Below are positions 10,350 to 23,654 of a stretch of 63,519 nucleotides of DNA, piece after piece. The notes under the pieces are model-generated. The model did not search any database, was not told where the DNA came from, and was given only the letters and a program-made list of their open reading frames with translations. The DNA lies in assembly GCA_008632985.1 (NCBI GenBank), contig QPGO01000079.1, positions 310,001 through 373,519 on the forward strand. Direction: 5' to 3'. How positions within the stretch are numbered: position 1 is the first letter of the stretch; each line of letters begins with the position of its first letter. Position numbers and translations under genes: made by a program. Source of the DNA: Psammoneis japonica (Eukaryota).

Positions 10350-12200
10350 ATATCCTTTCAAGGCACTGCAACCCAAAGCAATCAGCGTGTTGTCCCAAGC
10401 ACTTGTCAGATGATCTTCTCCTGCCTGACAGGTGATGCTGCCGTAGCTAGCTAGTGGCACAACTGCCGGCACAGTGGTGTGGTGCCACTGTAAGATGTTG
10501 AAGAAATGACAACTGCACTGGCAAGTCTGCCAGCAGCTCCAGCACTGATCACCCTTTGGAGGGGCCTTTCTTTGCTCCTGCTGTGCCCACCACTTGTCAG
10601 ACAAGAAGAAAGCTGGCAAGCTGAGGTGCACAGGCACACGCAACATGGCATGCAACAACAAGAAGTGAAGCCAGTTCATGAGTGCCACTGGCTGGTGGGT
10701 TGTGCTGGCCCACCACAGGGTTTGGCCAAGAAGCCAAAAAGGGGTTGTTTGGCCCCTTGAGACGTGTGCATTTCTCCCCGCCCATGACCAACGCCACCTC
10801 TCTGTCTGCTCTTAGAAAGAAGTTGCAAAAAGAAACATCTCAATCACCTTGGGAAGTTGCAATGCCAGATCCTGTCTCTCCAGTGCAAAGTTGAGCAGGG
10901 TGAGCAGTTTTCTTCACAGCAAAAGCAATGGAAATCATCTGTTGACACTTGAATCATCTCCAACCTTCTCCTCTTTGGCTCTCTCTTTCACCACAAACAC
11001 ACCACATCTCATCATTGTGGCAGGGTGCACATGATGGCAAGATTGGCTGGAGTGACAACAGTGACAAAGCCACTTTGATGGAGTGAGTCAGTTCTTGTTG
11101 TGAGGTGTTTGAATTGAAGAGCTGTTTTGGCGTGTGCTTGGTGTGACTCTGCAAGTGGTGTCATCTTCTGTGGGCTGCTGGTTTTGTCTTTCCATTGTTC
11201 TTGAGTGCAGGCAACACTGTCCTCTCTGAACATCTCTCCACAGAGCTGTGCAGTGTGTGCCCAAGCTGACCTTGTGAAATGCACCACACAAACCAAGCAA
11301 AATTTTCCATTCCCAGCAGCATGAGTGTCAAGTGCCATTGTTTGCACCACATGGCCAGCCCAATGTCATTTGTCCAGACTCAGTGTGTTGTCACTTTCTC
11401 TGGAGTCAATGGCAGATGTCCCTTGCCACTGTGTCCACATGTTGTGCTGTGGTCAACCCAAGCTTGCAACGTCACTGCCCAGGTGCAACTCTGAAGCAGC
11501 TCTCTCCTCCAATGCCATTCTGTCAAAAAGTTGCTGATCCATCAGCAGCAGGTGTTGCAGCTCTGTTGCAAACTCACAGTTGCCAATGACAGTGCTGTTG
11601 TTGTGTTTGCTCAATCTGATCAAAGAAAAGCCTGGTGTGAACCTCATTCTTTACATTGAAGTGCTCACATCAGGAGGGGAAGCATCAATCCAATCTTTGC
11701 AAAGCAATCACTTCCTCGCAAATCATGGGGCCCCACACTCTCTTCCTCAAGAAATCATTCAGCCATCTTGACATCAGTTTTGGTCCTTGACACTGGCAGA
11801 TGTTTGCTTGGCAAGGTGCAAAGAGGGCCAATGCCATTCACTGTGACTCAGTTGTTTGGACTCAGCTCCTCCCACTGCAAAAACAGAGTGTGCCACCAGA
11901 GACCCACAACCATCTCTTCAGAGGGATTTTTTTCAGAGAGAATCTGTCTCTTTCATCTCAACCAATGGAGCTGTCTCCTCAACAGACCTTTCAATTTGCC
12001 CTGACATGCATCCTGGTGTGTGGACTCTGGCTGAACTCTTTGGTGTGTAACACATTGTTTGTGGACTCTCAGAACTCTTGGGGCAGACCTCCAATCATCT
12101 TGGAGCATTGCAAATTGGCCTTCTTTGATCCCAATGATGGGATGCACTGTCTGAAAACAGGTCTTTCATCACTTGATGGGACTTCCCGACTGAAAGATGC
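10350..12200. other. TpG/CpA-rich hypermutated block 1
   Basis: Near absence of TpA and strong CpG loss; ORFs rich in C/H/Q and almost free of Tyr. Boundaries approximate. Confidence 0.85.
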
Positions 12201-12375
12201 AAGACTGTTATGCAAGAAGACCACCGAGATCATGACTGCCCCCGAATTGACTCGTGCCATTATTGTCCGTGACCCAGAAGAACGATTTTTATTAGCCCAT
12301 CTGGACAAGGGCTTCAACGAGGGGTTCCTGAAAAAAGAAGTCTATTACAGATGGCACACTTACGATCACTCGTAA
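12070..12375 (+). pseudogene. Relic of a carbohydrate sulfotransferase-like gene
   Basis: WGRPPIILEHCKLAFF and EIMTAPELTRAIIVRDPEERFLLAHLDKG resemble the PIV.E.YKL.FF and FVRDP.ERFLSA(Y/F)LDK (3'-PAPS-binding) segments of this family; the intervening 5'-PAPS segment is missing. Confidence 0.6.
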
Positions 12376-12441
12376 AAGTTGAGACTTCTGTGTGTCAAAA
12401 ATGCCGACTCTACGTTTACCAGTCAAATTATGATTATTATG

Positions 12442-14142
12442 TCATGACGAGTCTGGAGGCATGGTTTTGAAATTGAGAAGTTCTGTCTCCATCGCCGTGA
12501 CACTTCTCGGTATTGAGCTCTGTGAACCTTCTTTGGATTCTTTTCGTACAAGCGTTGACCTTGGCCGTACAAGATCAAAGGAAGCGTTGGGACTCGCTTC
12601 CGACGATCCAATATTGCCACCCATTGACAAGTCCGGTTTTGGATGTTGCCGCATTCGACCGTCGCGACCCCAAATGTCTTGTGATCTGCCAAACTCGGCA
12701 AAGGTTGCATTCTCTACGGTACCTCGTCGAGCATTGTCACTTGCGTGTGGTCGACCAAAGGATTTGATGGATTGAATCTTGGCTCCCGGTTGGACTCGAG
12801 CCTTTTTTCCCGCAGGCAAGTTGGTGCTGTCCTTTTTTGGAACTTCCCACGCGTGATTCCACGTGACGGATCGGTGTTTGCGTGCCCCTGATATGGGATT
12901 CACGTCACCGCCGGAAGGCGCGGAGTGTGATTTGTTTTGAAGCACTTCATTGAGTCGAAGCGCCGACGATCGTGCTTTTCGTAAACCGGCATCTTCGTTT
13001 GGAGTAGTGGATAGATTGGCTGACAATTTCAAGACACTGGAAAATTTTGACAAGGGTGGTGGTGGCGCTTCTGCTTCCTTCAGTGTCGTGTCTTCCGTTT
13101 CAGTGTCGTTGTCCTCTTTTGCTGCTTGTGGCGTTGTCGAGTGTTCAACCAACTGAACGGCAAGCATGCGAGCTTCCTTTACCAGAGAGTCCAACAATGG
13201 GTCAGTATTCAGTCGAACGTCCACTTTTGTAAGGCCAAATGATTTTGATTTACTGCCACCGTTTCTAACGAGGTTACCTGTCGAAATAGTACGAGGTCGC
13301 GGAGTTGACATAAGGATATTAACGTACAGTTTGCCCAACATATAGCCAAGAAACATGCAATACACACCTGAAATTGTTCCGGCAGCCCCAAAAGTGACAG
13401 TTTCATCGATGCGATCCTTCAATGACACACGTATTACCGCTTCAAACAAGAGTGGCAGCACAACATTATACTCTGTCGGTTCTAACCGAGCACTGTTTGG
13501 TAAGGGAAGCGTCGAAAAGGACGTTGACACTCCCTTGATTTCAAATCTGAGAGAAAGCATATTGAGGACCTGGGATCGGACCGTCTTGTTCCCAGTCGAC
13601 AAGGAACGTTTTAGCAAAAGCACGGTCCATTCTTTTGTCCTTGAATCTAGTAGCGATTTCAATGCGTCACTAATGTTTTGTGCAATGGTACCCGGTGCGT
13701 TGACGAGAGTTGTCCGAGTCCAAGAAACGGGTTTTGCGAGATTTTTGGCTGCAGACTTCTGCTCTATTGATATGGATCCCTGCGGTAAGACCGACGCTTG
13801 CATTGGAGGTATGGGCGGTTCGTCAGGAGCTTGTTGTTTGCTGCCTGTTTCGCCCAAGCGAGGGAGAGGATCGCTGTTGCCGCTGCCGTTGTCGGCTGCG
13901 CCAGCGTTGATGTCGAGGGACGGTATGGTACATAAAACATCGTCATCACTTGTGGCAGTCAAAGATATACTCTGAGCAAACTCTTCTGCTGTAGCTTGTT
14001 GTCTGCTTTTCCCCGCAGTAGCAACACCAAGATCCGCGCCTAGCAACGACGCAAACTGGTCAACCACTGATTCCTGAAGAGCGGCGTCGCTGTCCCCAAA
14101 TTTTTGCTTCCCAACTGAAATTTCCCCAGATTTCATCTTCAT
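12442..14142 (-). CDS. Hypothetical protein (~536 aa after splicing)
   Basis: Long ORF of normal composition with a probable in-frame 90-nt intron 13278-13367 (CAG|GTGTGT...TCGACAG|G). No recognised domain. Confidence 0.7.
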   Translation of the reverse strand: MKMKSGEISVGKQKFGDSDAALQESVVDQFASLLGADLGVATAGKSRQQATAEEFAQSISLTATSDDDVLCTIPSLDINAGAADNGSGNSDPLPRLGETGSKQQAPDEPPIPPMQASVLPQGSISIEQKSAAKNLAKPVSWTRTTLVNAPGTIAQNISDALKSLLDSRTKEWTVLLLKRSLSTGNKTVRSQVLNMLSLRFEIKGVSTSFSTLPLPNSARLEPTEYNVVLPLLFEAVIRVSLKDRIDETVTFGAAGTISGVYCMFLGYMLGKLYVNILMSTPRPRTISTGNLVRNGGSKSKSFGLTKVDVRLNTDPLLDSLVKEARMLAVQLVEHSTTPQAAKEDNDTETEDTTLKEAEAPPPPLSKFSSVLKLSANLSTTPNEDAGLRKARSSALRLNEVLQNKSHSAPSGGDVNPISGARKHRSVTWNHAWEVPKKDSTNLPAGKKARVQPGAKIQSIKSFGRPHASDNARRGTVENATFAEFGRSQDIWGRDGRMRQHPKPDLSMGGNIGSSEASPNASFDLVRPRSTLVRKESKEGSQSSIPRSVTAMETELLNFKTMPPDSS

Positions 14143-14399
14143 GCGGTTCTAAAACATAAAAGAAGACTCCTCTTTGCTCAATTGGCAGCAGTGACGATGC
14201 CTGAGCATGAACTGCGAATCTACTCTGAACTCAACTGCGCACCAACCCCGGGAGAAGCGAAGTCCATGCCGTCTTGTGCAGTCTTGTGTGCTTCATTTTT
14301 TCGTCCAGCCGGTGTCGCGTGTCCGTCCGGCGCTGCTGCTCAATAAATGTGTGACCGTGCGCTACGTCAGTCTTGCGTCAATTCATCCCGCCCACTAAT

Positions 14400-16541
14400 G
14401 CGATGCATGAAGCACACGCCAACGCGTTGTTGGCCCCATTTGGTCGTGCGAAATTCCATCCCGACTGTCGACGATGCACACGCATGGCAATTCTTAGCTA
14501 TCCATGCAAAGGACAAGGACAACAGCGCTGGGGCAAAGCTGCAGTGGCCCTTGGCCACGTCCAAAGTGCTTGCTCGTTTTTGTTCTTTCTCCGGCTGGAG
14601 CAAGGTTGCAAATCCTTGCCTCTTGACATCGTGGCAACCACGCGGGGCAATGCCTCTCCCTGCTTGGGATGTCTGGGGGGGGGGGGGGGCAAAGAGGGCT
14701 GAGACACTGTTTTTGTGATGCCCCTGGTCAGAGCCACTCTCTTTTTGGGCTCTGGGCAGAGTGGCTGAACTCTGATGCAGCACACGCCCATCAATTTTTC
14801 TGTGCCAAGCACCAAGGAGGAGGCAGCTGCAGAAAGAAGAGTGTTCTGGCACCCAACAAAAAAAAGGCACTCTCATTGGAGGCTGTGTTTTGCAAAGCCT
14901 GCTTTGTTGCTCAGTTTGTTGAGACATTGTGTTGACAAAGTCTGTTGTGTTTTTGCTGCCAACCACTGGAAGCAGAGTGTTGATTGGTGCCATCAACAGC
15001 TAGACCAACATGTCAAACAATCAGCACCCAGCAGCTTGTGAACAAGGTTGGTTGCCTGCACATCTGCACAAGTGCAAGTTGCTCTGACAACAAGCAGGGG
15101 CTTGCTTTGGCTTTGTGCTTGATGCCCACATGCCAGAAAAGATCTCATCAGAGTGCTGTGGGTGTTTGAACATTCAGAGCTCATGAGACAGAGCTGGTGC
15201 TTGAGAAAAGTCCAACAGAAACTGCCTCATCAATGGGGCTGTTGTGGCTTGAAGCAGCGGGCATGCCCAAAGCTTGCAATTTTTTGTGTGAATGAGCATG
15301 ACATTCCTCACTCTCCTTGCTTTGATTCCTGAAGGGCAAAGTGGGAGAACAGCTGCAGCTGCAATTTGGAGAGTTGCTTCTCACTCCAAGCTGCCCACCC
15401 AGCTGCTTTGAGAATTGGGTGCTTTTTGTGCTGGCCAGCCCACTCTCATCAAAAGAGTGCATTGCAGTGTTCCTTAGAACTGGACCAAATGCTGTCTTGT
15501 TTTGTGTCAAGGCAGCACAAAATGCACAAGAAAAATCTGCATTTGGTTTTTGCATTTAAACCCAAAGTCAATGTGGAAAGACCATCTTTGCCTCAGGCTT
15601 TCCCCATCTTCTGCACAGCAGTGCACCTGCATGCAGGAACTTTGACAAAAGAGCATCAAGTCAATTGAGCACATTTTTTTGCAAGTGACACTCAGCTTTG
15701 GTCAGAAAGCTGAGCAAGATCTTGCAATGCACAGCATGCTGCTGGCCATCAGCAAGGGAAGTTGGTGACATTGTCTCATGGGGTGCCCAAAGCAGCAGCA
15801 CAACTCCTTTTCTCATTGTTCATGGTCCACAAGGAGGCCAATCAACGCTGACATCTGTCTGGAACAACAGAGAGAATCTTGAGAGCAGCAGTCTTGTCAG
15901 TGCTTGACCCTGGCACCAACCTTGCATCACATTGTCGCAGCCACAAAAAGACTCTTCAACACAGCTGCAAGGTGACAGACTGCACGCACAGAGGGCAAAT
16001 GCTGGAAAGCATCCCCACCAATGCAGAGAGACAATTTTGAAGGGCAAAAGGGAAGCAAAAAGAGGCATCATGGCTCCAGTTGTCCTCTCTGCAAAAAACT
16101 TGTGTGTTGCACAAAAAGTTGCTCTGACCAAGCAGCAGTGCACCATTGTCAAAATGCCAAAACAACAATGTTGCACCTGCATCTTGACACAACTCCAGAG
16201 AGAACCAGAAATTGCCTGCACAACCACAGCAGAAAAATGGCTCCACCAGAGAACTGCTGCTGGAGCCAAGAGAGGAGATGTGTTGCAACAGTTTGTTCAC
16301 TGCAGCAGAGGGCTGATCAACACAAGCCATGTCATCAGACATGCCCATGCTGATGTTGTCTTCAAAAGGAGCAAGCAAAGGGAAAACAGCTGAAGAAACC
16401 TCTGACATGATGCCATTGAGTTGAGACACAAGAGAAGACATCTTTTCATTGTTGGGATCTTCGCATCATTGTCAGAACAGGAAGAACCACATTTCTCTTA
16501 GCCAAAGAGTCGCCGGACATTTTTTTCCAAACTGTTGTTGC

Positions 16542-16572
<31 letters not shown>

Positions 16573-19500
16573 GCTTCTTTCTTCATTAGCAACATGAGTG
16601 TTGCCTCCTTCTTTGTCAACAACATGCAACCCAGATGCAACACAACTCCGCTCAATGTGCCTTGCAAGAAGGATGTGAGGACAAGAAGAGCAAATGACTC
16701 TGCACCACTGGCAGCAATGCATTGTCAGGAAAGGAGAATGGGAGAAGCACAACAGTTGTCAGCAAAGTGAATGATGAACAGAACAGTGACATCATTGTCA
16801 ATTTTAGGGTGACAAACATGCTTCTGGCATGCAGGGGTGATGCGTTGGTTGCATGGAGTCGTGGCCAATGGAAGTCATGCAACAAGAAAAGATTGAACCA
16901 CAAAATGGTGTCCTGTCTGGCAACGTAAATCAAGTTGCAAAGTGAAAGTGAGGCTGCAAAATGGCTGTGTCTTGAGATGTTTTTTGACGACTGCAAAACA
17001 GTTGATGTCTCTTCTGAAGTTGAAGAGATCATGGTGCACAAACCACAAATGCAAGCAAACACAAAAACTCAGTTTCTCCCAAAACAAGAGTTTTCTGCAA
17101 ACAAAAACAAGAATGGCTTGAAACATTTGGGGTGCCAGGAACAAAAGTTTTGGCAGATTCCAAAAGTTTNNNNNNNNNNNNNNNNNNNNNNNNNNNNNNN
17201 NNNNNNNNNNNNNNNNNNNNNNNNNNNNNNNNNNNNNNNNNNNNNNNNNNNNNNNNNNNNNNNNNNNNNNNNNNNNNNNNNNNNNNNNNNNNNNNNNNNN
17301 NNNNNNNNNNNNNNNNNNNNNNNNNNNNNNNNNNNNNNNNNNNNNNNNNNNNNNNNNNNNNNNNNNNNNNNNNNNNNNNNNNNNNNNNNNNNNNNNAAAT
17401 GTTTGGTTGCTGCAAAGCACTGAGGCAGTGTTGGCTGCTCAAGTTGAGGTGTGTGCAAAGCATGAAATGGCCATTGCACTCCAAAAAATGAGGGTTTGGG
17501 TCCATGTGTGCTTTTGATGGACTGACCACCACTTGTTGTGTGTGGATTTCACAGAGCTGGCTCACAGAACTGCTGATGGCTGCCATGCCAACATCATTTT
17601 GTGGAGCTGCCATGTGCAGCCTGTTGTGAAGCACAAAAACACAAGCCAGTTCTTGAGTTGATGGATGGCTGCATTGTGGCACAAGTTGCAAAGTCAGAAT
17701 GACCCAGCAGATGAAGAATGAGGTGATGGTGGTGGGAGCTCCAAACAACAAATGGCCTCCAAACCTCAGCTGCTGGCACATGGAATTGGTTGGATCTTCC
17801 AATCAAAAAGGGGAGTTTTCCAGCCAAGAGCAGCAGATGGAGCACATGTCATTTGTGTCGTGTGTGTGCATCAAGCACAGCTCACACATTGAATGCAGAG
17901 TGGCGCCTCAGGGGCTGCCTTTTTGTCATCTCAAGTCACATCACATGTCTTTGACTGGCAACCATCCGATGTGACAATTTTTGAATTTTCTCAAACAAAG
18001 CAAAGCAAAGCCTGCTCTTCACTCATCTCATGCATGTCCTGGAGTCATCCTTGAAAATGTGGATAAAAGGGGGAAATGGCTTGCTTCCAGCTTGTTCCCT
18101 TGGAGCTGTGAGATGGTGCAGTGCTCTGCGGTCAATGCACCAAGATCCATCTCTTCATCACAGCGCCAGTTGTTCTCCACAATCAAGCCACAGATCTTTC
18201 ACCACCCACAACAGACTTGAAGGACAGGAGCTGTCTTTGCCAACAACAGAAAATGAGCCACCAGCAGGGACAAAAGGCCAAGAGGGGGCAAAGAAATGGA
18301 GAGACAGGCTCTTTTGGAAGATGTGCAGCAGCTCTCACACTTGGGCTCACTCTTCAGGTGTGCATCAGTCTCACTGGATTTGGCACCTTTGGTGGCCATT
18401 GTTGTGACACACTTGCAGCATTGTTGCTTGATGTGCAACAATGAGCAAGTGGCACTCAGCCGTGAAACAAAGACCAGTTCACAAAAAGTGGCAAAGGTCA
18501 CATTTTTCTGTAAATTCATTTTTGCATTGCCACAACACCACACTCTCCCATGCTGTCATTCATTGCAACACACAAGGAAGGCAATCTGTTTGATGTGCAA
18601 GGCCGACCCCCATCTGAGCCATCTTTTTGGCCACTCCAGTTGGAAACACCTCAGATGTTTGGAAGAACTGAGTTGCTTCTGAAGCATGCCAAGTGGTGCT
18701 GCTCACATTGAGCAGCATGAGCCTGACTCAACAGCAACAGAGCTGCAAGATTGTTCAGGCTGACACTGCCTCCAGTCTTCATCCCTGAGTTGAGGCATGC
18801 ACCAGTGCAGCAGAGCACACAATGAAATGGGCTGCAGTGTGGTGTGCAAGATGTGCAAGTGTGCTTGCATCCCACAGCGGGCACTTTCACAAAGTGGCCA
18901 TCCCTTGCAGCCAGTGCCAAGTCAAACCCAAGCAGCAGCAAGTGATGGCACTCAAAGCAAAAAACAGAGTGCCCACCACAAGCACTGTGACAATGAAGTC
19001 AAGCAAGCACTCCAACCATGACAATGCAACCAACACAAGAATTTTGCAGATTTGAAAGCTGCCCAGAGGAGCAAAAAACTTCATCTTTCAGGCAGGCATG
19101 GCCTTGCTCCTTTGTCATGAGTTTTCACCTCCCCAGTGCCCCTTGTGGTGGCCCCTTTCACAGTGCTGCAGAGCTGTCAGTTGCTCATCATGTCCATGTT
19201 CACCTGGCCAGTGGACATGCCAAGCCAGCTGGTGACATTTGTGGAAGATGGTCAAATTGAATCTCATCTCCTGACCTTCTGCTGCAGCTGCACACTGTGG
19301 AAGCTGCCGATTGCAACTTCTTTGGATGTCAAATCATGGCCATTGTGTTCCAATCATCACCATTCCTGCCATGGTGCTGAGCAACATCCACCTGGGTGCA
19401 ATTGTTGGTCTTGCAACTTTCAGCCACTGCATGGCAAGCAAAAGTGCAGAAGATGGTGGTTCTGACCGCATGCATTGATGGCAAATGCATGCCAAGCCAT

Positions 19501-19600
19501 GGCAACTTCCCAAAATTTGACTGGCAGGACAGGCGTTGCTGCATTTTGAATGAAGACAAACGCATTTGGTGCATGGAAGACTTGTGAATTCTGCAATGAT
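14400..19600. other. Hypermutated block 2 (unidentified relics; assembly gap 17170-17396)
   Basis: TpA nearly absent apart from YTAR, CpG rare. No confident protein family recognised. Confidence 0.85.
16533..16573. repeat. (TTG/CAA)n microsatellite
   Basis: About 13 units with one interruption. Confidence 0.9.
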
Positions 19601-19621
19601 TGCTGAGAAACTCAAAGTATT

Positions 19622-20188
19622 TTGTCAGAGTGGGTTTCAGAAGTCGCCGATTCGCGTGTTGGTGCCAGTGGGATAGCATCTGCAGAATCCGAAATGCAAG
19701 TTGGAGATTCTTCTGCAGCATCCACTGTAAGAGAGGTCAACATTGCATGGGATGTGTCCAAACGAGCTGTTGTGTGGCAAGGCTTGAGCAGTCCTCATCA
19801 AGTCGAATTCGCCAGGTTGTTCGATACACAATACCTGATGCCGAGCAGAGAATCCCCCACGAAAAACGATCATGGTGCCTTTTCTAACAAAGCCACTGCG
19901 CTGAGGCCATTAACGGCACCAGCCTTTCTCTCGAGTGTCCCCAGTGGCGGATGTACGTCCTTTCCCAAGCTGGCAACCAAGATTCAGCCTCGGGAAGGCG
20001 GCGCCATCGTGTGGTCCTATAAGCTACCAGATGGAAGTGCTGGTCCTGATATGATGCATGCCGGAGAACCTCCAGGCAAGGAGGGGATCAAAAAGTACGC
20101 CCTGAATGTCTGGATCATGCGAGAAGGCGAGGGTGGGAACTTTGTATCAGTTTGGAAAGCCGGAGATACAAAGAAGCAAGAGCTTTGA
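19622..20188 (+). pseudogene. Prolyl 4-hydroxylase-like 2OG-Fe(II) oxygenase; 3' part intact, 5' part degraded
   Basis: GGCTSFPKL...IQPREGGAIVW...MMHAGEPP...KKYALNVWI matches the P4H C-terminal half (distal His, 2OG-binding Lys). The HxD motif is not evident (DHGAF) and the upstream sequence merges into block 2. Confidence 0.6.
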
Positions 20189-20197
20189 CGTGAATCG

Positions 20198-20998
20198 CTA
20201 AGTACTATTATCGTTTCTGTGCGAAGTCCTTTGGTGCCCCATAGTTGTATTCGGCGAGACATCGTGCACATTCCTTTCCATCCGGAACGCATAAAACTTG
20301 ACAAGCACACTGCAATCGTCGAAAATGTGCTTGATCTTATCTAAGGGCCGTCCGTTCACGTGTGTAGCCCGCCAAAATGGAATACATGGATGGCTGGTGG
20401 CAACACAGTGGAAGCCTGATGAATTTGCGATCTCTTTTACATTCCAATAGACAAATTGGTAATCCTCATCGTTCAAAGTACTCTTCAAGCCCAAGACAAC
20501 CTGCCCGGTGTTTAGATCAAACGAGTCCCAGTGTTTGACAGCCTCGAAGAAGTTCACAATCAAGCATTTTCGCTCGTCGACACTACCATTTGAGGTAGGA
20601 AATGGATAGCAAAATATCACGCGATCGAATCTTGCTTCCGCACCACACGCATTCTTGGCAGTAGTATTCAAGTCGGTAGCATCCACACCGTAATATTGCT
20701 CTACTCGGCTACTCTGTTTCATGCATTTGATGTTCTCCACAACCATGGAGTTATGAGGATGATAGGTTGCAATCAGTTCCTTTTCATTTTGCTGCAAGAC
20801 AGACGTCACAAAGCACCCCGTTGACGGCATTCGATCTATAGAACCCATCAAGGAGGCGGTAAACGAAAAGTCACCGTCTCCAACTACAAATGCGCGTCTT
20901 CCGTACAAGAATTGGCGAAAAAAGGCATCTTTGTGGGATGTGTCCAGTTCTTTTTCTCGACGGTACCAGGGATAGAACGCACTCGCGTTTCGGAACAC
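20198..20998 (-). CDS. DUF2431 / Bmt5-like putative SAM-dependent methyltransferase; 5' end unresolved
   Basis: VVGDGDFSFTASL, GVDATDL and FDRVIFCYPF motifs. The ORF opens at GTG with an in-frame TGA six codons upstream and no ATG before the first motif, so there is either an unseen exon or 5' damage. Confidence 0.65.
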   Translation of the reverse strand: MFRNASAFYPWYRREKELDTSHKDAFFRQFLYGRRAFVVGDGDFSFTASLMGSIDRMPSTGCFVTSVLQQNEKELIATYHPHNSMVVENIKCMKQSSRVEQYYGVDATDLNTTAKNACGAEARFDRVIFCYPFPTSNGSVDERKCLIVNFFEAVKHWDSFDLNTGQVVLGLKSTLNDEDYQFVYWNVKEIANSSGFHCVATSHPCIPFWRATHVNGRPLDKIKHIFDDCSVLVKFYAFRMERNVHDVSPNTTMGHQRTSHRNDNST

Positions 20999-21299
20999 GC
21001 TTTTGGAATTCAGTCATGCATGCCTGAGCCTGCACATGGTTGGTCCGTGCCTTCTTTGTCACGGAATCTTTCTCGTTGCATTGATGCTTTCGTTTGGTCA
21101 TGGTGTTTACTTCTGTGTTATTCGACGTAATTCGAGTGTTGTTGCTGAGAGAACTGTGGTTAAAAACTAAGCACATCTCTTTTTGTGACAGCATGGTAAT
21201 ACCGGTAGTCTGTTCTCAGTCGTACGTCACGAACACGAAAAGGAAAAGGAAACCACGACTGCGGATGCGCGCGAGCTTCGAGCTTTGCAACATCATCCG

Positions 21300-22670
21300 A
21301 CCGCTGCCGCCACACTGTCAACAGAGCAGCGAAGCTTGATCTGACACCAATGGCAATGGCTCACTTCTTGGACCATTGTGCTGTTCTTTTTCATCCAAGG
21401 GATAACTCAGAACTTGTCCTGGACCAGCTTGCATTTTCAAAGAAATTTTGGAGGCATGTGCCAGTGTCAAAGCTTTGGCAAATCCTCCTGCCAAGAGCCA
21501 GGGTTGCTGCGCCAGCCACCGACACATCAGCCATTGTTCTGTTTCTTTCCTCCCTGAATGACATCACCATTTCTGGTGAGAAGCACTGGTTGGTCACTGG
21601 TGCCAGTTTCTGGGGCATCTGCAACTCTTGCAGCACATCTCTTCACTGTGCTTCTTGGCATGAAAGAGAGCTCCTCCTGGGGCACGGCCTCAGCTCCAGG
21701 TGGGACCTTGCACTGCTGCACTGTGACATCAGAGTTGTTTGGTCATGTGCCATCATTCACAATTTTTTATGCCCCCTGTTTTGTGAAACCAAAGGCTTTT
21801 CATTTTGCCCAACTGCACGAGGGCAACTCTTTGACATCTGAAGAAGACACCTGGAGGCAACAAACTGGAAATGTTGTGCTTCAAGTGTGGATGAGTTTGT
21901 GCATTCACAAAATTGCCTTCTTTTCTGTTGGCAGTCATTCACATTTGAGTTGCTGAGCAACTTTGCTGCAGAGCTCAAATGTGCAGGATTCTGTGGGCCC
22001 AGTGTCACATGCAGCACCCCTGCCCAGGGCTGGAATGCATGGGCTTTCTCCTTTTTGCACCAGTGCTGAGGAAGCTTCCCAAGACATGATGCTTCTTTGT
22101 CAACTGGCAGTCAGAAGCCCCTCTGGCATGAAAAAAGGCACAAATGTGGCCAAGCAAGTGGAAGAACTTGGAGAAGAAGGCTGGCATTTTGGCTTTGGAG
22201 CATCGTGCACACAAAAAGTGAGGTTGCTGCATGGCAGCAACAAGCACTTCTCATGCACTGGGCAGCAACATGTTGTTTGTCTTGTTCAACATCCAAACAA
22301 ATGACCCAGTTTGTGGCAAAATTGCCTGCCCCACACAACACCACAGACACACTCAAGAGTCACTTTGCATGATGAAGAGCCGTTTTGAAAGAGTTGTTGC
22401 TGAGTGGACAGCCCAGCAACTGCACTGAAAAATGATGCAAAATGTCACCAAAGTGATCTAGAAACAATGTGAGTGCAGCAAGACATGCAGCACATGACAA
22501 AAAATGTCAATGTCACAGTCCAGTGGTGAAGGCCCAATCCAGAGCTGGAGTGTGCCAGCACAACTCTGCAGACATTGGAGAGAGGCATTGTGAAAAATGT
22601 GGCAAAAGTTGTTGAATTGACGGCCCAATGATTGTGCTGCAAAATGGCACCAAAGTCATGCAGAAATGTG

Positions 22671-22703
<33 letters not shown>

Positions 22704-23550
22704 AATGCACAACATGACATGACAACAAACTGCCAAAATGTTGCAGTTGTTCACATCAGCTTTAGGCCCCACCTGGAGCTGGACCATGTTGACAAAAAAG
22801 CTGTGACCATTCAAAAAGCCAACTGTCATCCTGGTGCTGAAATGACTTTTTGTTGTCCCACCATTGATGGAGGTCTTGAAGCACTGGCCAGTGAGCCACA
22901 GAACAGAGCCCACAGAAAGCCTTGTTGGTTGGAGAACAAAGAGTGCAAAAGCAGAAGTGGAGTGTTGGCCAAAGAACAAGCAAAATGAAAACTCTGGCAC
23001 CATTGTTGCAAAAGTGACAATCTCAAAGAGAGGCAGGGGGGGCCTGTCAAAAGTTTGATGAGATGATTGTCAGAGCAGAAGGTGCACACTGGTGGGGGTG
23101 ACAGGGTCAAAGCAGAGGATGTGGGCGCAGTGGGGCCAGAGGAGGGGTTTGTGTCAGGGCTGGGGCTGGGGGGGTGCTCAACCACAACTGTGGTTGGCAA
23201 CACAACAACAAGCAAAACAAAGCTGCTGAAGCTCTTCTGACACAAGAGCCTTGAAAGCAGCTGCCAGACCACTGACACCACAACAAAGCTCCTTTTCAAC
23301 TGTTGACTTGCAGCTGTGGACTGCTTCTTCCTCCTTGACCACATGCTGAACAGAGTGCTTTGATCAATTCTGTGGAACAAATGGCTTGTTGAGTCCCATC
23401 CACAGCAAGCCAACAATGTGACGTGCAGAAGTCCAAGTTGCAACAGAAGCCACAGCCGATTCTTGCTCCAAACACATTGTTCCCAAGTCAACGCGCTTGC
23501 CCATTTTCCCTCAAGCGGCCATCTGTGAGTTGTGAAATAAAAAATGTGCA
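21300..23550. other. Hypermutated block 3
   Basis: Same dinucleotide signature as blocks 1-2. Confidence 0.85.
22673..22702. repeat. (TG)15 microsatellite
   Basis: Directly visible. Confidence 0.95.
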
Positions 23551-23654
23551 TAAATCAGTTAAAAACTAAAATGTGTTGTTGTTAATAAACCTTATGGGTT
23601 GTCTATCAATACAACTCTTGTTTTTCAGCACAACAGCCATTTACACACATTCTA

